Shown here in pieces: positions 12,032-24,821 of a stretch of 64,000 nt of DNA. The stretch lies in NCBI GenBank assembly GCA_002633005.1, contig NMRA01000384.1, forward strand, positions 101,504 through 165,503, in the 5' to 3' direction. Source of the DNA: Phoronis australis. Lineage: Eukaryota > Animalia > Phoronida. The position numbers and the translations under genes were made by a program. The notes under the pieces were generated by a model. The model searched no databases. It saw only the letters and a program-made list of their open reading frames with translations, and was not told the origin of the DNA. How positions within the stretch are numbered: position 1 is the stretch's first letter; every line of letters starts with the position of its first letter.

Positions 12032-13261
12032 TCAATAATTGACATAGATTTGCTCTGAATCATCACTTTCATGTTCTCCAAGATGGACGTTGACATCGTG
12101 GTGGTCCTCGCTGGTAGACATTGGACAGTACATCTGGTTTGTAGAGTCGTCATCCTCTTCTTCATCCTTTGAGTTGCGTGCTGACGTGCTGTTCATGTAG
12201 TCATCCTCATCTTCATCCTTTGAGTTGCGTGCTGACGTGCTGTTCCTGTAATCCAGGGTACCATCTACTTGCAGTGCCTTCTCTTGGCCTGGCAATTCGT
12301 AAATGTTTTCTTCATCATCATCATCATCGTCATCACCATTATTGTCACCCTCTTTATCCTTGTCAGCAGTTGTGTTAGTATAGTTATAAGTCCCTCCATG
12401 AGTGCTGCAATGCTTATCTGTCTCTTCAGTAGTGTTACCATAGTTATGCGTGTCTTCAAAAGTGTTGCCATAGTTACGCGTCTCTTCAATACTGTTGCCA
12501 GAGTTACGCATTTCTTTAGTGTTGCCATAGGTATAAGTCTGTTCTCGGGTAATGTTATTAACTGTTTGGCTTTTGGTCCCATCACTGCTTCGCGGAGGAT
12601 TTTGAGTTTTTCGATTTGTCTTCCCATATCGTGTAACCCACTGGACATCACCTTTTATCTTTTCTTTCTTGGCATTCTGTGTGTCTGCCTTCGTCACAGT
12701 TACAATTTCATCATTGGTTATGCAAGTGTCACCCATCTGTGACAAAGTCTCATCTTGAATGCTTTGCCTACTTAACATTACCGCTGTGCTCTCAGAATTC
12801 CTCGAAGGTCGCAGAAGGCGGGTGGAAAGCGACCTGCAGCATTTCTCAGTACACGAACCCAAATACCCGCACGAGCACGTGTCCCCTGACGCCCGCACCA
12901 GAAACACTATAACAACGATTGTAAACATTATCGCCAGGAGACCGAAGCAAATCCCCAGTGCAATAGTGGAATACATCCAACCGTTGTTTTCCTGGCATGC
13001 TTTCATTGTTGTTGTCATTGTTTCTGTTGCTGCTGTTGTTTCTTGTCTGGTTGTTACTCTTCCAAGATCGCTAGTGACATGAGTTGATGTGCTTCCTTGG
13101 GTCGTTGTTGAAGTACTTGGTGCAACTGAACTGGCGACTTTCGTCTCATTAGATATGACATTAGTGGTCTGGGCTGAAATTGTATTGCCGAATGTTACTT
13201 GAGATATCCATATAATACAAAGTAGTGTCGCCAGTTGAAGACGTGTATCCATGTTGAGCAT
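12032..13261 (-). CDS. Nested 409-aa type I membrane protein: signal peptide, Thr/Ser-rich stalk, TM helix, Cys cluster, Tyr-motif-rich acidic tail
   Basis: 1230-nt ATG-initiated ORF in AT-rich intron DNA. Hydrophobic N-terminus (LATLLCIIWISQVTFG) and TM at about aa 95-122. A ttttatttcag acceptor ending at 13304 on the - strand implies a 5'UTR intron. Confidence 0.88.
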   Translation of the reverse strand: MLNMDTRLQLATLLCIIWISQVTFGNTISAQTTNVISNETKVASSVAPSTSTTTQGSTSTHVTSDLGRVTTRQETTAATETMTTTMKACQENNGWMYSTIALGICFGLLAIMFTIVVIVFLVRASGDTCSCGYLGSCTEKCCRSLSTRLLRPSRNSESTAVMLSRQSIQDETLSQMGDTCITNDEIVTVTKADTQNAKKEKIKGDVQWVTRYGKTNRKTQNPPRSSDGTKSQTVNNITREQTYTYGNTKEMRNSGNSIEETRNYGNTFEDTHNYGNTTEETDKHCSTHGGTYNYTNTTADKDKEGDNNGDDDDDDDEENIYELPGQEKALQVDGTLDYRNSTSARNSKDEDEDDYMNSTSARNSKDEEEDDDSTNQMYCPMSTSEDHHDVNVHLGEHESDDSEQIYVNY

Positions 13262-13684
13262 TGTAGGATCTTGAGTTCTGATTGGTTACCTATTTTAATA
13301 AACCTGAAATAAAATAACGGTTATAAAATGGAAAAGAATGATAACCGAGCATTGTTAACTGCTTTTCAACATGTGAAACAAATCATTAATTGCCAAGCAC
13401 TATTGGTCTTGTTATCAGCATTTCACTGGCGATTTATCATCACTAATTTTTTATACCCAATTAGTTTGATTAATTGTCAGCTAGTCAAACATTAGATGAA
13501 TATCTGGCCACTTTAATGCTGATAATTAAAATCTGGGTCTATATTTTTTTACAATTGTGCTATGCATAGGTCTAGTAAACAAAGAAGAATTTTTTTTATT
13601 TTTCTTGAGACATATGACAAGGCAAAATTCCACTTTTCTGCCAAAGTGGATTCTGAATAAGCTTTTCCGTTTTGCATGATTGTC

Positions 13685-15283
13685 TTAAGATAGCTGGGCA
13701 CCTCAGGCAAAATTGTGAAATTTAAATCAGTCTCTGAAAAGCCAACTCCAATTTAATACAAGTGTTGCTGTGAAATGTGTTATCATACGCTATCATCAAA
13801 TGCCAAAAAACTTGAGGTGAAATCAATATTTTTCAAATTTAACAATCCCTGATTTGAAAAAAAAAATCATTTTACATTCTTTATAATTTTGTAAATGACG
13901 TTAAATAGAGACTATATCTTTTGGCAAACTGTTTCAAACTCCCTTTAAAATTAAAAGTGCTTTTTATCTCGGTTGGCATTTCTCTTGTTTTTTATGACCC
14001 TTGTGCTGTGAAGGACTCCTTATTTATTTTACTCGTCAAGTCCAAAGTGTTAGATTTCTCAATGTACTTCACACTATGATAAACTATCGTAAAAGTGTTA
14101 CACTGACCTACCGGTATAAGCAAAGATTTTAAATTGTACATAAACTAAATAGGATATTTCATTTCTTTTCTTACTATTCGTTAATGTTTTAACATGTTTT
14201 TTGAACAGTGAGTGATTTCTTACCCTATGGTCAGTTGAAGTTGGGCGTTTAAAATCATACTTCTGTCTGATAACATTTGATGAGCGTATAATCTGGTATG
14301 CCATTCCGTTATACTAAAGATTATCTCCCCAATTTAGGTCATAATGTAGCGGATACTAGGTGAAATTTCATGTTTTTGTTTTTTTTCTAAAATGACACTG
14401 AAGTACCAAAGTATTGCTCTGCCATATTCAAGTGATGTACTAAAGCTGTCAACAGACACTANTAGACCGATTAAGACGGCGAAAAAGACTAATTAAATCG
14501 GGTGGCATTCTCCTTTAAGATAGCTGGGCACCTCGGGCAAAATTGTGAAATTTAAATCAGTCTGAAAAGCCAACTCCAATTTAATACAAGTGTTGCTGTG
14601 AAATGTGTTATCATACGCTATCATCAAATGCCAAAAAACTTGAGGTGAAATCAATATTTTTCAAATTTAACAATCCCTGATTTGAAAAAAAAATCATTTT
14701 ACATTCTTTATGATTTTGTAAATGAGGTTAAATAGAGACTATATCTTTTGGCAAACTGTGTCAAACTCCCTTTAAAATTGAAAATGCTTTTTATCTCGGT
14801 TGGCATTTCTCTTGTTTTTTATGACCGATGTGCTGTGAAGGACTCCTTATTTATTGTTTTACTCGTCAAGTCCAAAGTGTTGGATTTCTCAATGTACTTC
14901 ACACTATGATAAACTATCGTAAAAGTGTTACACTGACCTATAAGCAAAGATTTTAAATTGTACATAAACTAAATAGGATATTTCATTTCTTTTCTTACTG
15001 TTCGTTAATGTTTTGACATGTTTTTTGAACAGTGAGTGATTTCTTACCCTATGGCCAGTTGAAGTTGGGCGTTTAAAATCATACTTCTGTCTGATAACAT
15101 TTGATGAGCGTATAATCTGGTATGCCATTCCGTTATACTAAAGATTATCTCCCCAATTTAGGTCATAATGTAGTGGATACTAGGTGAAATTTCATGTTTT
15201 TGTTTTTTCTCAAATGACACTGAAGTACCAAAGTATTGCTCTGCCATATTCAAGTGATGTACTATTAGCTGTCAACAGACACT
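13685..15283. repeat. Near-identical tandem duplication of about 0.78 kb (about 13685-14461 and 14515-15283)
   Basis: Both copies begin ttaagatagctgggcacctc and end gctgtcaacagacacta. They are separated by the single N at 14462, so this is likely a haplotype or contig-overlap artefact. Confidence 0.85.
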
Positions 15284-16728
15284 ATTTTCGAAAATCACGG
15301 GCATTCACAACAATGGGAGAGGCTCTTGAAAATGCCAAAAGGGAAATTTTGGCAATTACTTTTGTCCAAAGTTTGTGTGATTTTACATTAACAGATGTCT
15401 CAACTAGATAAATGCTAAGAAATATTCAAGCCAGGCATTGCGCTTTTTGGAATTCACAACTTTAGGGTTGGCCATGCCCCAACGAACTCATTTCTTGAGT
15501 CGCAGATGGTTTTGATGTTTTTGTGCTTGTGGAGATAGAGTTCTATCAGGGGGTAAGAAATATTATGAGACAGATTTTATGAAAATATAAAGTCTAATGC
15601 GTTTTTTGGTTTTCATCCTGCAGCTTTTATCATTACTTTACAGATTGTGCAGAACCTTATTGACTTGTCAGTGTATCGAGCTAATCTTTTCAAAACTTTA
15701 GATTTCAAATCTATATTTTCTGAAAGTAGAAAGCCTGTTGAATTTGATTTTTGACGACATCCCGATTTGATGTTAATATGATCACATGACCATGTTTTTT
15801 AAGTAAAATTTAGCAAAAAATAAAGTTACATCCGTAGCCAAACAACCGTATCAATAAGATTTATGATATTATTGTTACAGTACTAGATAAAATCTCATTG
15901 CAGTTTTCTAAGTTTTCATTTTGAATTTTTCCATAAAAATTATAAAAGTTCTATTTTTTATAGTTCCTCATCCAAAAGTCGAGAATTTTGGAAACAATCC
16001 CTTACAGCATTTTCTGATATATGGCCATTAATGGCCACTTTTCGAGATGCCTGCGTAACCTGAATGCTGACTGTTGGGAAGTAGAATCCTCAAATGACGT
16101 CTGTGCCACAGACGGAATGAAAGAAATTGTGATATGTTTACTCCTCATGTCTTGCATATCGGAATTTGAAATTATGTCGAGTGAAAGTCGCTTCTGTGTA
16201 GCCACACGAGAGTTTTATGTCGGATAAATGCAAATTGTTCCCCACCCTATTGACCCAGAGATAGTCTTTGACATGAGTTAATTTTTAGAGCTTATGGGGT
16301 CGTATCTCATCTCTCATGTTTGTCTCATTGTAGTACAAATAAGGCTTCTCTTACTATTTTTTACTTCTCTATTGTCCAAATCAACTCACCCAATCACTTG
16401 GTCACCCACGAGTCAGCTTCCTTAGGGATATCGCTGAGCACCATTACTAGTAGACTACTTTCCTGGTGTGTTTCCTGATCTTTGACCATTTGACTGGTAT
16501 ATCCCTGTTGTCATGTTGGGGCAATGTCTCATGTAATGTGTGTCAAATGGTGTAATTTATCTCAAGAACAGGTAGGGGAAGTCTGATAAGCCTGTCAGCC
16601 TTTTTTAATGTTTTTCTTTATAGTGCACGCAATCTACTCTTGTATGACCCTTGAACAAAGTCCAATTTTGGCCAACTTTGGAACATTGCATCTCAGGCAG
16701 TTTCAGATGCCCAATTCTTTGTATTTTA

Positions 16729-16981
16729 GAGGGCTTAGAATTTTCCTCTTTTGAGAGGATTTCCTCTTTTTCATTTCAATTTTCCCTTATCTGATTTCCA
16801 GTTTTTTCTTTTCTTGTGTCTTTTTTATCGGTATTTTGACTTTATTCATGCAAAAATGTTTATTTCACTTAAATTTTACAAAAAAAAATACATCTATCAC
16901 ACAAGCCTATTAATGTTTGTGGAACGATACATCACCTGGAAAATTTTCCTCGTTTTGTCATTCAGATCATTCCAAGCCCTG
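16729..16981. mobile_element. CAGGG-ended MITE, family A (short type)
   Basis: gagggcttagaat ... attccaagccctg; flanks atttta/atttaa. Confidence 0.7.
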
Positions 16982-18465
16982 ATTTAATAAACAATTTGAC
17001 CAGATAAGAAAATGTAGTGTTGTATGGAAAGCCAAAGTGGAAAAAATTTCCAGGGTGAGGACAGATATTTTCTATGCAAGGTTTAAAAACAGTCCAAAAT
17101 ATTTCCACTCTGCATTAACAAAAAAACAACTCAAGACGTTGTGGTATCTGTGCTGGTTTGCCACAGGACTGAAATAACTTAAAACACCGCTTTCAAATAA
17201 AGCTCGGGTATGGATAAACTTCGGAAAAAATAAATGTCTCGGCTCCAATAGAAGATTTACTGCATGTATACTGAAACACTAGCATGAGTCAGTTAAAAGA
17301 GGATTGAGCAAGATGATACCTGACTTATATGAAGGTCCATGTGCACGACTAGAATGATGATACTGAGAATTTTGTCCAAGTTTAGTGTTAAAACAACACA
17401 CGCATGATGGACTTATGGAAGTTTTAAAGTATGGTTAACTTAATGTTTCATTGGTGTCAGTTTCTTTCCAGTTTTTTTAACTAATTATCATGATGGAGAC
17501 CCAATATTTCTCATGTTAAGATAACTGTTCCCTCCAACATGCTCTCGTACATACACAAATACATACAATCACCATTTCTGGAAGATGATGTTATGAGGTA
17601 GCCAAATTTGGGCCCTGAATTTTTATGTTCTTACATGACCCTAAGCAGAAAAAAGGTCAACAATCATTTAACATGAACATTCATTAAATGACCTTTTCTA
17701 CCCTGTACTACAGAGTACTTTGACCGAGGACAAGGATATTCCCGACCAGGTTTGAACTTGTGTAGTGTAAGACAATTTGTAGCAGCATCATTGGTTCTGG
17801 TCTCTGTTTTGTTGAGAATCGAGCACAGTTGGGTTTTGCGTTTTTTGTTTTTAAAAATCCACTTGAGGCTAGCAAAAATGATGCGGAATTTTTTTCCTCG
17901 TCTCTGGGCAAATCATGACGTTGCGAAGTTTGCTTACCCTTGTTTACATTTCTTACGAAATCTTGACTGAAACGATGTAGTCATGGAGCGCAGGTCTCAA
18001 CCAACTTTGTTTGGCCTCATAAACAACTTTATTGTGTTCAAACGGGTTTCAATGTCTTCCCTTGTCAGGCCTGCACCCCTTCCGCTAGTGATTGACACCA
18101 ACAATGGGATGATTGCATGACATTGTTCTCTCTTATCTTCCTGAGCTGCATCCTCATTCCTTCACAAAATCAGTCTTCCGATTCAAATCTCCGCAGTTGG
18201 ATAAGGTGGATTATCTATAGTTGATTCAGTACAACATGACACGTGATTTAAATGTAGCATTTTATTTTGACAATCCTTTCAAATTTATCGAATATTACTT
18301 TTTATTAAAGCTGTACTTTTCTCATTGGAATATGCTTATTGGAGTTACTAGGTGATTTGTTTACCTAGTAACTACCTGGCCTTTTTGAGATTCAGCCCAG
18401 CTTGTCTCTGACCTTTGGCTTTCCTACAGGAAATACATGCTTTACATTGAAGAGGGTGTCTAGAT

Positions 18466-18937
18466 AAGGTTATGTTGGATCCTGGAAAAATGTCCAAATT
18501 TGGCTAACTTTGGAATTTTCTATATCAAAGTGGTTTGTTGGATTTATGTGCAACTTTCGTATAGTCACACTATGCTTTGTGCACAGTTCTCTAAAACCAT
18601 TTTAGGAAATGTTTCATTTTCGCACGAGAGGCTATCAAAAATAGGACTTATAATTTCGTGAAAAAGGACGAAAGTTGCGTCAAACAAATCAATAACTTAG
18701 AAAACTGTAACAGCGTTCTTGAGTTTTCATCTTGAACATTTATTTCAAATGAAATTTGGCCGTGTTACTGTTATCACTGTACTTCTCATTTTTTGCAGAT
18801 TGGTGAAAGGTCAAAAGTCGAACTTGAGCAGGCTTTCTAGTTTTAGAAAATATACACTAATTACTGTGCTAAAATCTAAATTTTTTGATATCTGGCTAAG
18901 TAGACGGACTTATTGATAAGGTGCTGTCGTAACCTTA
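18466..18937. mobile_element. Kolobok-like non-autonomous element; related partial copy at about 39732-39973
   Basis: Ends taaggttatg ... cgtaaccttaa (GG..CC inside TTAA-like sites). Shares internal gctatcaaaaataggactt with the 39.8-kb copy. Confidence 0.5.
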
Positions 18938-19755
18938 AATAAAAGTTAATAGTACATTGTCCTCTCACAATGGTATGCACATATGGTGGAGGACCATGGT
19001 TGAAAAGCTCTCCGCTGTGTTCAAAGTCTTGGGCCAAGTTTGAAAAGGCTTTTTTTAAAACTGTTTCATGAGACACCTGATTGTAATAGAGTAACAATAA
19101 GTTGTACTCACTTTTTATTCTCTTGTTATAAAATAAATTAAGGTGACACGCTTAACAAGTGAAAATAATAACTTGGATGCGTTTGTTTATTAGCAAAAAG
19201 TAAGATTAGGTTGCGAAAACACGACATGCAATTTACACCATGATGTTTGAGTTTTTGGTCATGTGCCAAGAATTGCATGATGACACTTGGCTTGTGTACC
19301 TCAAAATCCTACTGCTGCCTGGTGGTTCGGTAATTGCCCCAATTGTGTTGCACACCCAGCAGAATTAATGAGACGCATTAAGGTATGGCAAGATTATACA
19401 AAAGTTTTAGGCTGCAAAAATCACATCTCTTGTCTGATTTTCAAAATTCAAAAACCTAATCATGTGCACTTTAATCATAAACTATTCAAAGATGATGTAT
19501 TTAAAAACTTTTAAAAACTTTTAAAATGAAAATTTATAAATACTGTTGTCGCTCTCACTGTGATTATGATGAGTTTGTCTGGCGACCGAAAACCTTAGCA
19601 GCCATACCAATGTAATTGACTACAACAGCATGGTGTCTTTAATCAAAGCTGGTAAATCCGATGTACGCAAACATGTTGACTTGTCCAATCTCGACTGGTT
19701 ATTGTGTCAATGTAGGATTCTTTTCATGCAGTCTCCGTCTGCTTTTGCTTTCCAG

Positions 19756-19968
19756 TTGTTCATTGGTTTAGAGAATGAACTTCGACCTAACGTCACATAT
19801 GAAGTAGAGATCTTTGGCCTAAAACATCGTCTACAGACGCAGGCTTGGATCAATGGACGGCAGGCACGTGTAGACTATCTGACGAGCCTAAACGGTGGCC
19901 TCGTGACGTCTGTGTTGGATGGACAACTATTGATTGGTGGATATCGTGACATCCGTGACTTGGCCAGA
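19756..19968 (+). CDS. Coding exon 3, first LamG domain
   Basis: ctttccag acceptor, AGA|GTAAGC donor. Encodes LFIGLENELRPNVTYEVEIF...AWINGRQ...LDGQLLIGGY. Phase 0 to 0. Confidence 0.85.
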
Positions 19969-20621
19969 GTAAGCAAACGATGCTGTCGGTTGTTTTAACA
20001 TACTAGTGTATTATGATCTTGCAAGTCCAAAACAATGTTAATTTGTTCTAACAGTTATTTGTTATGCCTCTCTCAACTCACTTCATGGTTGCACATAGCA
20101 TAAAGTTGGTGTGTTGTCAGTCTGTTACATCTCGAAAAGTGCTAGTTTGACACGACTGAGTATGACCTTGAGTTTGACCCTGGCTATGCAATGACGACAA
20201 TTACCTGGTGGATGTTTTCCTTTTCCACAAAAAGTCATCGTCATTCAATTGTTGGTGAAATGACTTTGTGGTGAAAGGTAACACTTATATAATGTATATG
20301 ACGGTAGATTTTTAGACGTAAGCAACGACTGTCGTACCTCATGAACCCGACATGTTGGCCATTTTAGTTTTCAACAAAGTAATGGGCTTGATGAATCTCA
20401 GTGTAGAGGAATACTGCGTTACTGCACCAGCGCTAATTGATATTCAGTTTTGTGGTTGTCCTGTACACTTGAGTGCAGCACATAAAGGTCACAAGTGGAG
20501 ATTGACAACTCTGAACCAGAAAACTGTTATCTGAAGGGTATCGTAAAACCTCAAAAGGAAAGTGAACGTTAACTTTAATTGTTCGGCTTGTGTGAAATAC
20601 TTTTCAAAACATCCTGTGTTA

Positions 20622-20639
20622 TAATTATTATTGTTGTTG

Positions 20640-20674
<35 letters not shown>
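20622..20674. repeat. (TTA/TTG)n microsatellite abutting the exon-4 acceptor
   Basis: Directly visible. Confidence 0.9.
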
Positions 20675-20682
20675 TTCCTCAG

Positions 20683-20798
20683 ATGAACACAGAAAGACTT
20701 AGTGCCTATCTTGTAGTCTGTCTGGAGTCCATATCATTAGGCACTCAACAGAGGTCACTCAACTTTAGTCGGGCAGCTGAAATTGTGGGCGTAAAAAG
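20683..20798 (+). CDS. Coding exon 4, end of first LamG domain
   Basis: ttttcctcag acceptor, AG|GTAACG donor. Encodes MNTERLSAYLVVCLESISLG.... Supplies the phase 0 to 2 bridge needed between exons 3 and 5. Confidence 0.75.
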
Positions 20799-21547
20799 GT
20801 AACGCTGTTTTGGATTTTTTTTCACGTGGGGCTGTTCGTAATTATCAACATTTTGTGAGTTTAGAAGTGTGGGGACTTTGCATATCTGAGGTGGAAGGTT
20901 CTTGTGCGTTCTGAGAGGGGAATTGGTGTTAGTGTGAGGGGAAATCTGTCTCTCGATTGGTCACCATTAACTACATCCCAGTCACATTTGATAAAACATT
21001 TTGAAGCCGAGGGTCTGTGTGAGCTAATTCTAACCTTAAGTGGAATTTTTTAATCACTTGAGGTGCTCTTTTGAACCTACTGGACCTGTTGAGTGGAATT
21101 TGTGTGCTTTTTCAAACAGTTTTCAGAGGGGAATTGAGCCGAATGGCCTCCAAAATTGAGTTATTGAAGGGCCTTAGAAAACACGCATTTTTCTCTTCTC
21201 CTCTTGGTGAAATTGTGCAAAGTTGTTGGTATTGTTATAGACTAGAATTTCTGTAAACTGTTGATATACATCAGCCAATATGACAGTGCCTATATGTTCC
21301 TGTTGAACAATCATTGTGTCTTCATACAGTACAAGACAAAAGTAATCAGGCAAAATACCATTTGTCTGTTGTGACTAATTTTGTTACCTACAAAAATTAC
21401 TGGTAATAAATATTAGGGTGGAAAATTCTAATTACAGAATGCCTAAGCCGCCTCACAACCGCGCTATTTCTAGTTTTTTCTCAAGTGGCAGAAAGATGAC
21501 TCAGATTTTGTCTATCCTTCTCACTCACTTCCCTTGTGTGGTTGCAG

Positions 21548-21673
21548 GTGTCCATCAAATTTCTGTGCTCCGCCCACAGGCGTGACATTCCAAACCAACC
21601 AGAGCTTTCTGACAGTCAACGTGACAATGACGCCGAAGACCCGCACTGTCATCAGTCTTAGATTTAGAACAAA
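21548..21673 (+). CDS. Coding exon 5, start of second LamG domain
   Basis: gttgcag acceptor, AA|GTAAGT donor. Encodes CPSNFCAPPTGVTFQTNQSFL...VISLRFRT. Phase 2 to 2. Confidence 0.85.
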
Positions 21674-22612
21674 GTAAGTTTCAACACGTCATAGTCAAAT
21701 AGCAAATTCATACTTGAAAATGCATTAGATGCAAACTGGGAAAGAGTAATTTTGATTTGTTGTTCCAGAGTTTGTGATAATGGTTTTTATTTACCAATAT
21801 TGTTTATTGTAACTAGTCACAAAGATATTTCAAAACTGAAATAAAAATTGAATTAACCTTGCTGAATTAATTAGAATTGAGCGTGTGACTACATTTTTGA
21901 TAAGTGATGCGGCTGAAAGATTAGTGAGAGCATGCGAAAAAAGGGACCCACTTGTTGGGAGCTTCTGTGAAAAATGCCCCTTCGTAAGGTTTGTTGCAGA
22001 AATGTCACCCTTTTCTACCGGTTTATTCCATAAACTTGAACCTTTTATATACATAACATATTGCTGTCCTGGTGGACTGTCCGTAGTTGGCACGCATGCA
22101 ACTCTGGAGGGTCAGAAATCCTGCTGCTTAATTACTCTTTATTGTACTTTAATATGACAGCATTAGGATGAGAATTATCTGAAGAATTAAGTTGTCCATT
22201 TCACTTTTCACCCTTTTTGTGAACGGATAATAGTGTGCACAGTGCATACTCCCTGAAGTCCCTATGTTTGCTTCGCAGTCCAAATAGCGTTATGATTCTT
22301 GACCAAATTTTAGCACCCATTAAACCCTAAAAAGTACAAGAGCTCAATTGTCAAAAATAAGTACGTCATTTGCAATGTAAGTTTTTAAATTTAGTGAAAC
22401 TCTTATGGAGATTTGCGAAGTTAAAAATTGTACCTTAATTTGTAGAGTTTAAACTCCCGAGCAAACCTTTTTGGGGAATTTTGCCGCATGGATACCTTTT
22501 TGAAGGGAAAGCAGTCATAAAAAATTCACCCGGAAGGAGGGTTATGTGCTTTCTGCTACTTTGTTCTTACTGACACACCTCCAGAAACTTTCTTCCTGTC
22601 AATCATTTACAG

Positions 22613-22709
22613 GGCCAATCATGGCATGCTGTTCTATTTGGGTGGGCCGGCCTACCTCACTGTCTTCATGGAAACTGGTGGCCAACTTACTCTTGGTTTG
22701 AATACTAAG
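22613..22709 (+). CDS. Coding exon 6, second LamG domain
   Basis: tttacag acceptor, AAG|GTAGTG donor. Encodes KANHGMLFYLGGPAYLTVFMETGGQLTLGLNTK. Phase 2 to 0. Confidence 0.85.
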
Positions 22710-23653
22710 GTAGTGTGTAACTGATTGTGTTGACCTTTTTAGAGATTGCAAGAATTGATGCATGCACACACTAGAGCATTGATTTTTGGGGTACGATTAC
22801 TTTCGGGATGTTTCATGACTCACGTTAGACTTAAGTCGCAACTGTTTCTGAAAAAAAAATTTAATCTCACTTCTGCAAAGTTCAAGATCTCTGAGAAAAT
22901 ACCCATAACTGTTAGTTACTAATATCATTCGTATAAAGATTTCTACGTTGTGATGTGCCATCTACATGACTAAACATTTTATTCGATAATTGTGATGTTG
23001 GAGTGTATGAAAAAAATTCTACCACAAGTCACAATAAGTCACATTTCATAAGACAGACCCCTGAATCGATAAAGTGTCATACGCAACCTATCAATGTTCA
23101 ATAAGCTGCCAATTGATTTCAAATAGATATGTACTTGAACCCCTTTACAATCGCAAAATGCGTGTGAAAATGCAAGACCAAGCAAGACTTTGCGACATAA
23201 CACTCTGTATTACAAGCAAAGAACGTGATCACACTAGTTTCCTCCATGAGATTCTTGCACACCATTGTCTAGAATGGTTAAATTTTTTCAGTACGGTTAT
23301 CTTCTCTGCTTATTTCACACAAAAATAATTTCCATTTTGGCATTTTTCCACTCTTCAAAGGCTGATGGCTTTAGTGCAGATAATGGAAAATTTACCAAAA
23401 GTTGTCTTACTTGCTAGTAACAGACTAAATTTTTCTTAATTTTTATTTTTGTGGAGAAATTTGACAGAGTAAATTTTCAGTTCTTTGCCATTTCGTTTGT
23501 TCAATAAGAATTACTTTAGTGTTTATTTTAAACCGAACTTCTGACTGTTTGAAGGTCTACTTAAATGTAGGTCTCATTTCCAAGCTGGACTATTCAAAAT
23601 TTGTAGGGGCAATAAAACATTTATTTTCTCAACCAGGACCTGAATCCTTCATT

Positions 23654-24016
23654 CAGGGCTTGGAATTTTCCACGGAAACGCGGATTTCTGCTTTTTTGAA
23701 ATGTGCTTTCCGCTTTTTTGAAATGTGCTTTCCGCTTTTTTTATAATATTTCCGTGTAAAAAAATCGGATTTGATATGAAATTTCCGCGGCAAATTCCTT
23801 TCTTACCGCGGCGTTGCAGATGACGTTCACCTCGGAAAGCNNNNNNACGGGCGAGCGAAAAGGACGCAGACGCATGCTACTGATGGTGGTAACGTTTTTT
23901 TTTTTTTTAGTCCTCGCGATTTTTGTCCACATTGACCATTTCAAAGGCTGGTTATCGGGCATGATTTGGGCCGTAAAAGTTTCCGCGTTTTTTGTCATTG
24001 GTCATTCCAAGCCCTG
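23654..24016. mobile_element. CAGGG-ended MITE, family A (long type, small internal N run)
   Basis: TIR CAGGGCTTGGAAT; perfect 6-bp TSD ttcatt. Confidence 0.85.
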
Positions 24017-24377
24017 TTCATTAGGCTTTGTTTAGTTACACAGTCCAACCGGAGCAGTTGTATGGCTAGGATCAGAGCTCAGGAAGAACTGATTTTGCCC
24101 TTTATGTCAATTTCAAAAGTTCTATTGTGTGTGAATGTCACCCATGATCGTTCACAACTATCTGCAAAATTCTAAGCCACAATGCCGGGTGCTAGTCATC
24201 CCCCCCAAGCCCAATGTGTATTTGGGCGTTGCTGCTCGGAATGACTGCTATTCTACAATCCTTTGCTAGCAATAAATCTCTCACAGTGTTATTTTTTGCC
24301 AGCCTCATTTTTCGTACGAGATACAGATCTTCCATAGATAGACATGCATTAGTTGATGATGTCACTGTGTGCTGCAG

Positions 24378-24516
24378 GGCACGGGATCAGGTACCTATCA
24401 AAATACAAGCAACAGGTATAACGATGGGCTATGGCACTACATAAGAGTGAAGCGAGAAGGCAACATGGCCTCCCTAGAGGATGATGCTGGGTCTACACTG
24501 GCTTCTGTAATCTACT
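24378..24516 (+). CDS. Coding exon 7, second LamG domain
   Basis: ctgcag acceptor, T|GTAAGT donor. Contains the LamG hallmark YNDGLWHYIRVKREGN. Phase 0 to 1. Confidence 0.9.
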
Positions 24517-24751
24517 GTAAGTAATCTTACTAGTACTTTGACTATTTGGTAAATCTAGCTAAAAAACCTTTAGCTTAGTTTATAGAATGTATGACATTTG
24601 GAAATTGCAATTGGTCATAGAATATTGTTGGAATTTTTTGTTGGATCTCCAGTGATTTGATTGGTTCCAAAATACTTTCGGTTACTTCAACGCTGATGAT
24701 ATCTGCTAGCAGTCAGAAGAACTTTCCTAACTGTGATATGCGTGGGTGTGG

Positions 24752-24821
24752 GTGTGTGTGCACGTGCGTGTGCACATGCGTGTGTACGTGCGTGTGCACA
24801 TGCGTGTGTACGTGCGTGTAC
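24752..24821. repeat. 12-bp purine-pyrimidine alternating tandem repeat (tgtgcacgtgcg variants)
   Basis: Directly visible. Confidence 0.85.

Noticed and set aside
12169-13082. Overlapping ORFs on the + strand and in alternative frames, some hydrophobic or His-rich
   Set aside because: Shadows of the 409-aa gene's low-complexity codons.
13685-15283. Recent segmental duplication upstream of the nested gene, with twin 66-68-aa ORFs
   Set aside because: Near-identical copies meet at a single N, typical of uncollapsed haplotypes. The ORFs lie in repeat DNA and have no protein features.
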